From: an uncultured Chloroflexia bacterium
GTDB taxonomy: Bacteria; Chloroflexota; Limnocylindria; Limnocylindrales; CSP1-4
Assembly (NCBI GenBank): GCA_963746845.1
Contig: CAVVCZ010000004.1
Span: 416,001 to 480,000, forward strand
Length of the DNA stretch: 64,000 nucleotides
Direction: 5' to 3'
Each line of letters starts with the position of its first letter. Within the stretch, counting starts at the first letter, position 1. The notes beneath the pieces are model-generated. The model was not told the DNA's origin. It saw only the letters and a list, made by a program, of their open reading frames with translations, and searched no databases. The position numbers were made by a program, and so were the translations under genes. Of the stretch, positions 10,414-18,677 are shown in pieces.

Positions 10414-10480
10414 GTGGGAACGTGTCATTCATCGCGAGACTAATCGCGGCCTCGCCAGGGTGTCAACGGTAATCGATTTC
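10414..10480 (-). promoter_or_regulatory. Sigma70-type promoter with flanking LacI-type operator-like sites
   Basis: On minus strand TTGACA (10466-10461), 18 nt, TAGTCT (10442-10437); pseudo-palindromes GTAATCGATTTC (10469-10480) and TGGGAACGTGTCA (10415-10427). Confidence 0.65.
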
Positions 10481-10519
10481 GCGAGCGTGGATCGCCGCCT
10501 GAGCCGGACTCGCCGGGCC

Positions 10520-13312
10520 TCATCCGCGTCCGCTCGCCGGAGCCAGCCGGACCGTCCGGATCTCCCACGCACGGAGCGGGATCCGGAGCGATCCATCCGG
10601 CTCCGGTGCGATCGATCCGCCGACCCGGCCGAGCAGGTCGACGTCATGGACCGACGCGATCCCGCCGGGCAGGCGCGCGGTCGCGATCGTCGCCTCCGGG
10701 GTCTCGGCGACGAGCCGGAGCTCGAGCACCGTCCCGCGTCGGCGCAGGGCCGAGAGGACCACACCGGCGCCGTCGACGGCGAGGCCCTCGGCGGTCCGCG
10801 CCGGCGCGTCGACCGGCGCGCGTCCGGCCGCGGTCAGCGCCGGCAACCGGAACCGGTCGCCCGCACGCAGGGCGTCGACGGCCGCCCAGGAGCCCGCGTG
10901 GGGCAGGACCGCGAAGCCGAACCACCACGGCCCGAGGAGCTGGGCGCCCGGGACGGGCACCTCGGGGCCCGCCGGGTCCTCCCGGAACGGGTTGTCGTTG
11001 CGGCTGATCAGGCCCGTCGAGCGGAGGGCAGTCAACGCGAGCTCGCGCCCTTCGACGAGCTCGTACTCCGTGACGTGCTCGAGCAGGATCGTCACGCCCG
11101 CCGCGTGCACGAAGCCGTGCGCCGGGAAGGTCGGCGTCGGGATCTCGCCGTGCCCGGCCTCGACCGTGAGGCCGCGATCGACGACCGCGAACTGGCCCTC
11201 GGCGGACGACTGGTCGGTGGCCGCCGGCAGCGGGATATGGACCCGGACACGGTGGTCACGCGACGGGTTGGTGAACGAGATCGCGACCCGGACGAACGGC
11301 TCGCCCGTCCGCAGTTCGAGCCGCGTCGTCACTTCGACGGGCGCCGTCGTCTCGGACCGGGATCCACCATCCGGGGCCAGCCCGACCGGCCAGTCGTACC
11401 GGGAGACGACCTCGAGACTGCCCCGCACGGGGCCTCGCTCGATCGGCTGGACGACGACGACGGACGGCGTCTCGACGAGGCGATCCACCGCCGGCGGGCC
11501 GTAGTTGTAGGTGTCGCCGTAATCGCCGCCATCCACGATCCTGCCGACCCCCGTCAGCCGGGAGCCGCCACCCTCGATGGTGGACGTCCCGTCGTCGGCG
11601 ACGTCGAGGCGGACAAGGCCGTTCGCGAGCGACCGGTCGCCGACGATGACGGCGGGCATCGGCAGCTCCCCGCCGGCGGTCGCCTCGACCGGCACGACGA
11701 CCGTCGAACCGAGCGCCGGCAGCGGGACCGGGGCCGCAAGACGCCGTCGGTCGCCGCGGACGACGACGACGTCCCACGGCCCGTCCGGCGCCTCGGCCGT
11801 CGCCGCGGCCACCGCGTCGAGGAGGGCATCGACGTCGAAGTCGTCGGGCGCCGCCGGGTCGTCCATCAGCAGGGCCAGCTCCGGAACGTCGCCGTCGCGG
11901 CGGATCAGGTGGCCATCGAGCGAGTGGCCGAACAGCTCGCGGCCGTGGAGCCGCCGGGCGAACAGCTCCGGGACCTGCCGACCCGCGAGTCGCATCCGGC
12001 GCAGGGCCGTCTCGGGTCGGTCGACCAGCTGGGTCGGGATCCGACGGCCGTCCGGCAGCGCGAGCTCCACCGTCTCCCACGCCGCCGGGACGTCCAGGTC
12101 GACCTCGACGACGTCCGTCCGCGCGAACGGCGACGGATTGACGACCGCGACGCTGCCCCGCGGTGCGGCCGCGGCGAGCGGCCGGATCGCCGTCGTCACG
12201 ATCCCCCGGCCGATCTGCTCGGCCTCCGCGAACCGGGTGAGCACCTGGTTGACGACCACGTCCTGGGAGCAGCCGCAGATCGAGTCGTGGGCCGAGTTCT
12301 CGACGACCCGCCGCCACGCGAGCTCGAGCAGGCGCTCCGGCCAGGCCGTGCCGTGGATCGCCGCCAGCGGCTCGGCGCAGCGTTCGAGGGCGCGCTCCGC
12401 CCGGCCGGCGGCGGCCTTGATGTCGATCCGGGCCGAGGTGACGTTCGACAGCATGTTGGCGCGCGCCGCCGACCGGAGCTCGCCCGTCCAGATCGGGGCG
12501 ACCGCGGGATCCGGCTGGTCCGGGTCGGCGACCGCGGCGTCGAACGCGCGGATGTAATCGCTCAGCGTCTCGATCCGGACGACGATGTCGGTCCGCTGCG
12601 CGTTGGCGTCCGCGACGATCGTCGCGAGACGCGGGGAGGGGACCGCGTGGTCCGTCCCGTACATGGCGAGGATCGAGCGGTCGCCGTAGAACGCCCGGCT
12701 CGCGGCGGCGAACCGGCCGACCTTCTCGGCGAGACGGTCCGGGATCGCGAGCAGGTACGCCCCGTTGCCGTAGCCGCCGACGAGGTACTCCGCCCGGACC
12801 GACGAGCCGTCCGGGGCCCGCCACGTGAACGCGTGGCGGTCGATGGACCCAGGGACCCCGCGCCAGACGACCGCGTGCCGGATCCCGGCCCGACGGAGGA
12901 TCTGGGGCATCTGCGCGACGTGCCCGAACATGTCCGGCAGGTAGCCGACCGGCATGGCCGCGCCGAAGGTCTCCGCCGCGTGCCAGCCGATCTCCAGGTT
13001 CCGGATCATCGTCTCGCCCGAGACGAGGAACTCGTCCATGAGGATCTGCCACGGCCCGATCGCCAGCCGGCCCTCGGCGATGAGCCGTTCGATCCGGGCG
13101 CGACCCTCGGGTCGCACCTCGAGGTAGTCGTCCACGGTCGCGACCTGGCCGTCGAGCGTGAACGCGAGCCGGTCGTCCGCCTCCATCGAATCGAGGAGCT
13201 CGTCGACGAGCTCGACGAGGCGCATCCGGAACACCTGGAACGGCTCGTACCACTCCCGATCCCAGTGGGTGTGTGGGACGAGGTGGATGACGGCCGGCGC
13301 CTCGACGGCCAT
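10520..13312 (-). CDS. Glycoside hydrolase family 38 (alpha-mannosidase / mannosylglycerate hydrolase-like)
   Basis: HTHWDREWY, FTLDGQ, GYLPDMFGH, HDSICGCS. Confidence 0.93.
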   Translation of the reverse strand: MAVEAPAVIHLVPHTHWDREWYEPFQVFRMRLVELVDELLDSMEADDRLAFTLDGQVATVDDYLEVRPEGRARIERLIAEGRLAIGPWQILMDEFLVSGETMIRNLEIGWHAAETFGAAMPVGYLPDMFGHVAQMPQILRRAGIRHAVVWRGVPGSIDRHAFTWRAPDGSSVRAEYLVGGYGNGAYLLAIPDRLAEKVGRFAAASRAFYGDRSILAMYGTDHAVPSPRLATIVADANAQRTDIVVRIETLSDYIRAFDAAVADPDQPDPAVAPIWTGELRSAARANMLSNVTSARIDIKAAAGRAERALERCAEPLAAIHGTAWPERLLELAWRRVVENSAHDSICGCSQDVVVNQVLTRFAEAEQIGRGIVTTAIRPLAAAAPRGSVAVVNPSPFARTDVVEVDLDVPAAWETVELALPDGRRIPTQLVDRPETALRRMRLAGRQVPELFARRLHGRELFGHSLDGHLIRRDGDVPELALLMDDPAAPDDFDVDALLDAVAAATAEAPDGPWDVVVVRGDRRRLAAPVPLPALGSTVVVPVEATAGGELPMPAVIVGDRSLANGLVRLDVADDGTSTIEGGGSRLTGVGRIVDGGDYGDTYNYGPPAVDRLVETPSVVVVQPIERGPVRGSLEVVSRYDWPVGLAPDGGSRSETTAPVEVTTRLELRTGEPFVRVAISFTNPSRDHRVRVHIPLPAATDQSSAEGQFAVVDRGLTVEAGHGEIPTPTFPAHGFVHAAGVTILLEHVTEYELVEGRELALTALRSTGLISRNDNPFREDPAGPEVPVPGAQLLGPWWFGFAVLPHAGSWAAVDALRAGDRFRLPALTAAGRAPVDAPARTAEGLAVDGAGVVLSALRRRGTVLELRLVAETPEATIATARLPGGIASVHDVDLLGRVGGSIAPEPDGSLRIPLRAWEIRTVRLAPASGRG

Positions 13313-14484
13313 CAGGCGTCCGTCCCGAGCGCCGCGGCCTCGCCGCCGATCGCGACACCGCGCTGCGCGGCGAGCCGGGCGATCGCTCGCTGGCAGGTGA
13401 CGATGTCCGCCCGGCCGTCGGCGATGCCCGTGGACGGCTTCGACCCGTGGTGGACCAGGTCGGCGAAGGCGAGCAGCTCGCGCTCGAACGCCTCCTCGAT
13501 CGAGTCGAGGACGACGCGACGTCGAGTCTCGTCACCCCCGGTCGACACGACGAGCGACGTCGGCGCGTGGAGCCGGTACGGGGCCGGGAACGACAGCTCG
13601 ACCGACCCGCCGACGTGGTGGAACCGGACGTCCTCCCGGTAGGCCGGGTAGTCCGGCAGGAAATGCCAGCCGATCGTCACGCGCGACCCGTCGTCGAGGC
13701 GGCCGACGAGCAGGACGGATCCGGGCTCGGTCGCGGTCCCGGCCCACGTGTCGACGTGGTCGATCGCGACGACCTCGCCGGCCACCGCGCGGATCACCGA
13801 CAGCTCGTGGACGACGCTGCTCAGGAGGATCCCCGCATACAGGTCCGCGAGGTCTGCGCCCACCGCGCCGATCGCCGTCTCGACGAGCCGTGCGCCATCG
13901 GCTCGCAATGCGGCGAGGACGGACGCATCGGCGTCCGTCGGCGGCGGCAGGAGATGGGCGAAGGCCAGCTGGGAGGCGCTCGTCGGGTGGAGCACCGCGA
14001 CCTCGATCGCCCGTCGCGGTCCGAGACCGGTCGCGGGGTCGTCGACGAGCCGCCGCGCCTCCACCACCGCCGGGTCGAAGGTCTTCATGTACCCGAGCAG
14101 GAGGCGATCGGCGTCCGGCGACGCGGCGAGGCGGTCTGCCTCGGCGACCGTGAACGCCAGGGGCTTCTCGCACAGGACCGGGAGGCCGCGGTCGAGCGCG
14201 GCGAGGGCGTCGGCGCCGTGCGAGCCGGAGGTCAGGACGATGACGCCGTCGAGGTGCGGCACGTCGAGCAGCTCGGCGACCGACCGGACGCGGTTCGCCG
14301 TCGGGACACCGTGGCGGTCGCCGATCGCGTCACGGAGCGACGGCGACAGATCGCAGATCGCGGCGACCTCGAACACGTCCGGAAGCCGGGCGAGCAGCGG
14401 AAGGTGAACGGCCTGGGCGACGGCGCCGAGACCGGCGATGCCCAGCCGAAGCCGTCCGTCCGGCGGCGTGGTCGATCGTTCCAT
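13312..14484 (-). CDS. Gfo/Idh/MocA family NAD(P)-dependent oxidoreductase
   Basis: LGIAGLGAVA Rossmann motif, LCEKPLA; start reassigned to ATG 14484. Confidence 0.9.
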   Translation of the reverse strand: MERSTTPPDGRLRLGIAGLGAVAQAVHLPLLARLPDVFEVAAICDLSPSLRDAIGDRHGVPTANRVRSVAELLDVPHLDGVIVLTSGSHGADALAALDRGLPVLCEKPLAFTVAEADRLAASPDADRLLLGYMKTFDPAVVEARRLVDDPATGLGPRRAIEVAVLHPTSASQLAFAHLLPPPTDADASVLAALRADGARLVETAIGAVGADLADLYAGILLSSVVHELSVIRAVAGEVVAIDHVDTWAGTATEPGSVLLVGRLDDGSRVTIGWHFLPDYPAYREDVRFHHVGGSVELSFPAPYRLHAPTSLVVSTGGDETRRRVVLDSIEEAFERELLAFADLVHHGSKPSTGIADGRADIVTCQRAIARLAAQRGVAIGGEAAALGTDA

Positions 14485-14578
14485 AAGCGGACGAGTATAG
14501 GCAGGCCGACCGGGGGGATCGCGGCCGTCCCCGGCGTGGTTTGACCAGCCGCCGCGCGCTCCGCCAGACTGCACGGCC

Positions 14579-16249
14579 ATGACCCTCCACGACCCCGTCG
14601 CGCCGACGCCGGCGATCGATTGGCGCGACGGCGTCGTCTACCAGATCTATCCGCGCAGCTTCGCCGACGCCGATGGTGACGGGACGGGCGACCTGCGGGG
14701 GATCGTCGATCACCTCGATCACTTCGGGCCGGACGCGCTCCCGATCGAGGCGATCTGGCTGTCGCCGATCTACCCGTCGCCGGGGCGGGATCTCGGCTAC
14801 GACGTGACCGACCACACGGCGGTCGACCCGCTGCTGGGGACGGATGCCGACTTCGACGAGCTCGTGGCCGGGTGCCACGCCCGCGGGATCAAGGTGATCC
14901 TCGATCTCGTGATGAACCACACGAGCGACGAGCATGCGTGGTTCCTCGCCTCGAAGGAATCGCGGGAGGGGCCGTACGCCGACTTCTATCTGTGGCGCGA
15001 CCCATCCGGATGGGACGCCGAGGGCCGGCCGCTGCCGCCCAACAACTGGGTGTCGTTCTTCGGCGGGTCAGGCTGGGAGTGGGTCCCGGAGCGCGGGCAG
15101 TTCTATTACCACACCTTCCTCGTCGGCCAGCCGGAGATGAACTGGCGCAACCCGGCCGTCGAGGCGGCCCAGTGGTCGATGGTCCGCGGCTGGCTGGCAC
15201 GGGGCGTCGACGGCTTCCGGCTCGACGTGTTCAACGCGTTCCTGAAGGACCCCGAGCTGCGCTCGAACCCGGTCATCGACGGCGACTCTCCATGGTCCCG
15301 CCAGGATCACCGCTACGACATCGACCAGCCCGACTTCCTCGATCTCATCGAGCGGTTCCGGACGATCGTCGACGAGGAGCCGGGGCGGATGACGATCGGC
15401 GAGCTGTTCTCGCGCGAGACGGACCTCGCCGCGAAATACGCCCGCGACCGCCACCTCGTGTTCGACTGGTCGCTGATGGAATCGCCGTGGACGGCGGCGG
15501 CGTTCGGATCGGCGATCGACCTCCGCGAGCGCCTCTTCGGGCCGGACCTGTGGCCGACCGTCGCCCTGTCGAACCACGATCGGGAGCGCCAGGCGACCCG
15601 GCTCGCGGCATCCGTCGAGCGCGACCGGCTCCCGGACCGGGATGCGATCGCGAAGGTGGCCGCCGTCGTGATCCTGGGCCTGCGCGGCACGCCGTTCTTC
15701 TATTACGGCGAGGAACTCGGCATGGTCGACGTCGATATCCCGCGCGACGAGATCGTCGACCCGCCTGCGCTCCGGGCCGGCCCCGACTTCCCGTGGTACG
15801 ACCGGTCGCGCTGCCGGACGCCGATGCAGTGGACGCCCGAGCCGGGCGGCGGCTTCACGACCGGCCGGCCGTGGCTCCGCCTCGCGCCGGATGCCGACGA
15901 GCGGAACGTCACGACCGAGGCAGCCGATCCGGACTCCGTCCTGGCCTGCTATCGCCGGCTGGTCTCGTTCCGCCACGCGTCGCCGGCGCTCCGGACAGGC
16001 ACGATGGCGCGGCGCGACAGCGGCACGCCCGACGTCCTCGCATGGACGCGGAGCGGTAACGGTCAGCGGCTGCTCGTCGTCACGAGCTTCGTCGGCGAGC
16101 CGCGGACGGTGGACCTGGCACGGATCACCGGAACGGCCACCTGGGTCGCACGGGTGGGCACTGCGCGCGAACCGTCGCAACCGGATGCGTCGGGGCGGCT
16201 CGCGCTCCGGCCGGACGAGGGCGTCATCCTCGAAACCACCGGGGACTGA
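14579..16249 (+). CDS. GH13 alpha-glucosidase / oligo-1,6-glucosidase
   Basis: YQIYPRSFAD, DLVMNHTS, GFRLDV, IGE, LSNHD, YYGEELGM. Confidence 0.95.
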   Translation: MTLHDPVAPTPAIDWRDGVVYQIYPRSFADADGDGTGDLRGIVDHLDHFGPDALPIEAIWLSPIYPSPGRDLGYDVTDHTAVDPLLGTDADFDELVAGCHARGIKVILDLVMNHTSDEHAWFLASKESREGPYADFYLWRDPSGWDAEGRPLPPNNWVSFFGGSGWEWVPERGQFYYHTFLVGQPEMNWRNPAVEAAQWSMVRGWLARGVDGFRLDVFNAFLKDPELRSNPVIDGDSPWSRQDHRYDIDQPDFLDLIERFRTIVDEEPGRMTIGELFSRETDLAAKYARDRHLVFDWSLMESPWTAAAFGSAIDLRERLFGPDLWPTVALSNHDRERQATRLAASVERDRLPDRDAIAKVAAVVILGLRGTPFFYYGEELGMVDVDIPRDEIVDPPALRAGPDFPWYDRSRCRTPMQWTPEPGGGFTTGRPWLRLAPDADERNVTTEAADPDSVLACYRRLVSFRHASPALRTGTMARRDSGTPDVLAWTRSGNGQRLLVVTSFVGEPRTVDLARITGTATWVARVGTAREPSQPDASGRLALRPDEGVILETTGD

Positions 16250-16338
16250 GCCCGCAACCGGCCGATCGTCATGGTGACGAAGCGTCCGATGCCGCTGCTA
16301 CCATTCGGCCCAGCGATCCCGTTGCCGCGGAGCCTGCC

Positions 16339-17112
16339 GTGCCGCTCGAGTTCCTGAAGCGAAAGTCCACCGATCCGGCCGGAACCCCGACCGACGCTCC
16401 GCCGTCCGGGCCGACCGCCGGTGCGCGCGGGCCGATCACGCTGCCCGAGGAAGTCGTCGCGCAGGACTACCAGCTGAAGCTGTACTACGCGGGCAAGTCC
16501 AGCGAGGGCGTCCGGATGAAGGCCGGGCCCCGCGCACTCGCCGAGCTCCCATCGATGCTCCACGGGCTCGCCAAGGGCGAGATCGAGGTCGTCGATCCGC
16601 TGCCGATCGAGTTCAGCCAGGCGACCCCGGTCATGGCCCGGCCGTCCGAGGCGATGCAGTGGCTGAACGCCCACCACGTCCACTCCCCGGTGACCCGGCA
16701 CGCGCTTGTCGTCCTCGAGTCGATCGACGCGATCGACCTGGCGTTCGACACGTTCGTCTGCACGCTGCTCGACGGTGAGGTCGACACCAGCGGCTACCCG
16801 GAGTACAGCGCGATCGTGGGTGGCGTGGCGTCCCACTGGGACGAGGCGACCGGCGACATGATCGCCCGGGCTGTGGTCGGCTGGGGTGGCAAGGGCGTCC
16901 GTGGTGACACCGACCGGGTTGCCGCCAAGCTCCTCTCGGGCGTTCTCACGAACATCCTCGCGAGCCAGTACGCGCTGGGCCTGACGCCCGTGGACCGTCC
17001 CGTGCCGGCCGCCGGTCGGGGCGGGCTGGTCTGCGCCCACTGCGGCTTCGCGTCGGGCCACGAGCGTGCCTTCTACTGCCCGAAGTGCGGCATGCGCCTC
17101 CTCCGCGGCTGA
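16339..17112 (+). CDS. Hypothetical protein with C-terminal zinc ribbon
   Basis: Strong GC3 codon bias; CAHC...FYCPKCG at C-terminus; GGAG RBS and TGCTACCAT upstream. Confidence 0.75.
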   Translation: MPLEFLKRKSTDPAGTPTDAPPSGPTAGARGPITLPEEVVAQDYQLKLYYAGKSSEGVRMKAGPRALAELPSMLHGLAKGEIEVVDPLPIEFSQATPVMARPSEAMQWLNAHHVHSPVTRHALVVLESIDAIDLAFDTFVCTLLDGEVDTSGYPEYSAIVGGVASHWDEATGDMIARAVVGWGGKGVRGDTDRVAAKLLSGVLTNILASQYALGLTPVDRPVPAAGRGGLVCAHCGFASGHERAFYCPKCGMRLLRG

Positions 17113-17131
17113 GGCGGCGCTCCCGCGATCG

Positions 17132-17488
17132 ATGCCCACCTACGACTACGTCTGTCACCACTGTGGCCATCGCTTCGAGGTGATCCACGGGGTCCACGCC
17201 GACGGACCGTCGCACTGCCCCGTCTGCCACAGCACCTCGGTCCGGAAGGGGTTCGCCGCGCCGGCGGTCCACTTCAAGGGATCCGGGTGGGCCAAGAAGG
17301 ACCGCGGCTCGGCCGCCCGGAAGAGCGCCGCAGCGAGCGCCGACACATCGCCCGCCGCCCCGAACGAGAGTGCGGCGACGGGCGCATCCCCGTCGGACAC
17401 GACGACCGGGTCCTCGTCATCGAGCACCGACTCGAGCGCGTCGTCCGAGTCGTCCGGCGCCGCCCCCGGCAGCTCGACCGCCGACTGA
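17132..17488 (+). CDS. FmdB-family zinc-ribbon protein
   Basis: MPTYDYVCHHCGHRFE...CPVC...VHFKGSGW, Ser-rich tail. Confidence 0.9.
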   Translation: MPTYDYVCHHCGHRFEVIHGVHADGPSHCPVCHSTSVRKGFAAPAVHFKGSGWAKKDRGSAARKSAAASADTSPAAPNESAATGASPSDTTTGSSSSSTDSSASSESSGAAPGSSTAD

Positions 17489-17730
17489 TGGCCGGCTCGT
17501 CGGCAGACTGGATCAGCCTCGCCGAGGCGGCCGAGATCCTGAGCGCGTCGAACGTCCACTTCCGACCGTCGACGATCGGGAGCTGGGCGCGGACCGGCAA
17601 GCTCCAGAGCATCAAGCTGGGCGGTCGCCGGTTCGTCCGCCGCGGCGAGGTCCGGGCGCTCGTCACCGGCCCGCGTCGGGTCCGGGCCAGCGATCTCCAG
17701 CCGGGCCTGTTCGAGGAGATCCGGGACTGA
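17488..17730 (+). CDS. Small BldC/excisionase-like (HTH_17) DNA-binding protein
   Basis: ISLAEAAEIL...TIGSWARTGKLQSIKLGGRRFV; TGATG coupling to the upstream gene. Confidence 0.82.
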   Translation: MAGSSADWISLAEAAEILSASNVHFRPSTIGSWARTGKLQSIKLGGRRFVRRGEVRALVTGPRRVRASDLQPGLFEEIRD

Positions 17731-18665
17731 CCGGCGACGGGGGAGACGCGCCGCCGCCGGAGCCCACCGGCATCGGCGACCGTGTGGGTGCGATCGTGGA
17801 CACCGTCCTGCGCTGGCCGATCGCCCTCCTCGTCGTTCGGGTCATCGACCGCTTCGGGGCCGCCGACGGCGGCCTGCTCGCCGCCGGGATCGCCTTCAAC
17901 TCCGTCTTCGCGCTGATCCCGCTGGCGCTGTTCGCGAGCGGTCTCGCCGGCCTGTTCCTGACGGACCCGGCGGCGCGGGACGAGATCGTCGCGAAGGTCG
18001 GCGAGATCTTCCCGCCACTGAAAGCCATCGTGAACGACATCCTCACGGGCCTGGCCGCGTCGTCGCCGACGGCCTCGATCGTCGGCCTCGTGCTCGCCGG
18101 CTGGGGCACCTCCCGGCTCTTCGCCTCGCTCGAGTCCGCGGTGGGCCAGCTCGACCCGACATTTCCGCGGCGCGGCATCGTCCATCAGACGGCGCGACGG
18201 ATCGGATGGGTGGTCGCCGTGGCCGGGATCGTGATCGTGGCCCTGCTGGCCGCGCCCGTCCTCGCGATCATGGAAGACCTGGCGGACACGGGCTCCCTCC
18301 TCCAGGGGATCTTCCAGGTCCTGCTCGCCGTCCTTCCGCCCGCCCTCGCCGTCGTGGCGCTCGCGGTGATCTATCGCGTCCTGCCGCGGGTCATCCCGAC
18401 CTGGCAGGAGATCCGGGTCCCGGCGGTCGTCGGGGCGATCGCGCTGTATGTGCTGACCCGCGGCTTCGTGTTCGTGGCGCCCCGGGTGTTCGCCGGGAAC
18501 CTCGTCTACGGAACGCTCGGCGCGATCCTCATCGGGTTCATCTGGCTCAACCTGGTGTTCACGATCGTCGTGATCGGGGCCGCCTGGGTCATCGAGAGAC
18601 GCGACCCGGCCCGGCCCGGCATACCGCCGGAGCGAACCGAGGTTGTCGATCCGCCGTCCGCCTGA
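17727..18665 (+). CDS. YihY/BrkB family membrane protein (start uncertain: CTG 17727 or GTG 17784)
   Basis: LLAAGIAFNSVFALIP, IYRVLP, YGTLGAILIGFIWL...IGA. Confidence 0.88.
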   Translation: MTGDGGDAPPPEPTGIGDRVGAIVDTVLRWPIALLVVRVIDRFGAADGGLLAAGIAFNSVFALIPLALFASGLAGLFLTDPAARDEIVAKVGEIFPPLKAIVNDILTGLAASSPTASIVGLVLAGWGTSRLFASLESAVGQLDPTFPRRGIVHQTARRIGWVVAVAGIVIVALLAAPVLAIMEDLADTGSLLQGIFQVLLAVLPPALAVVALAVIYRVLPRVIPTWQEIRVPAVVGAIALYVLTRGFVFVAPRVFAGNLVYGTLGAILIGFIWLNLVFTIVVIGAAWVIERRDPARPGIPPERTEVVDPPSA

Positions 18666-18677
18666 GAAGCGCGGGGA

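Noticed and set aside
17488-17730. Excisionase as a sign of a prophage or ICE
   Set aside because: No integrase, att-like repeats, tRNA or phage genes; gene is translationally coupled within a host operon
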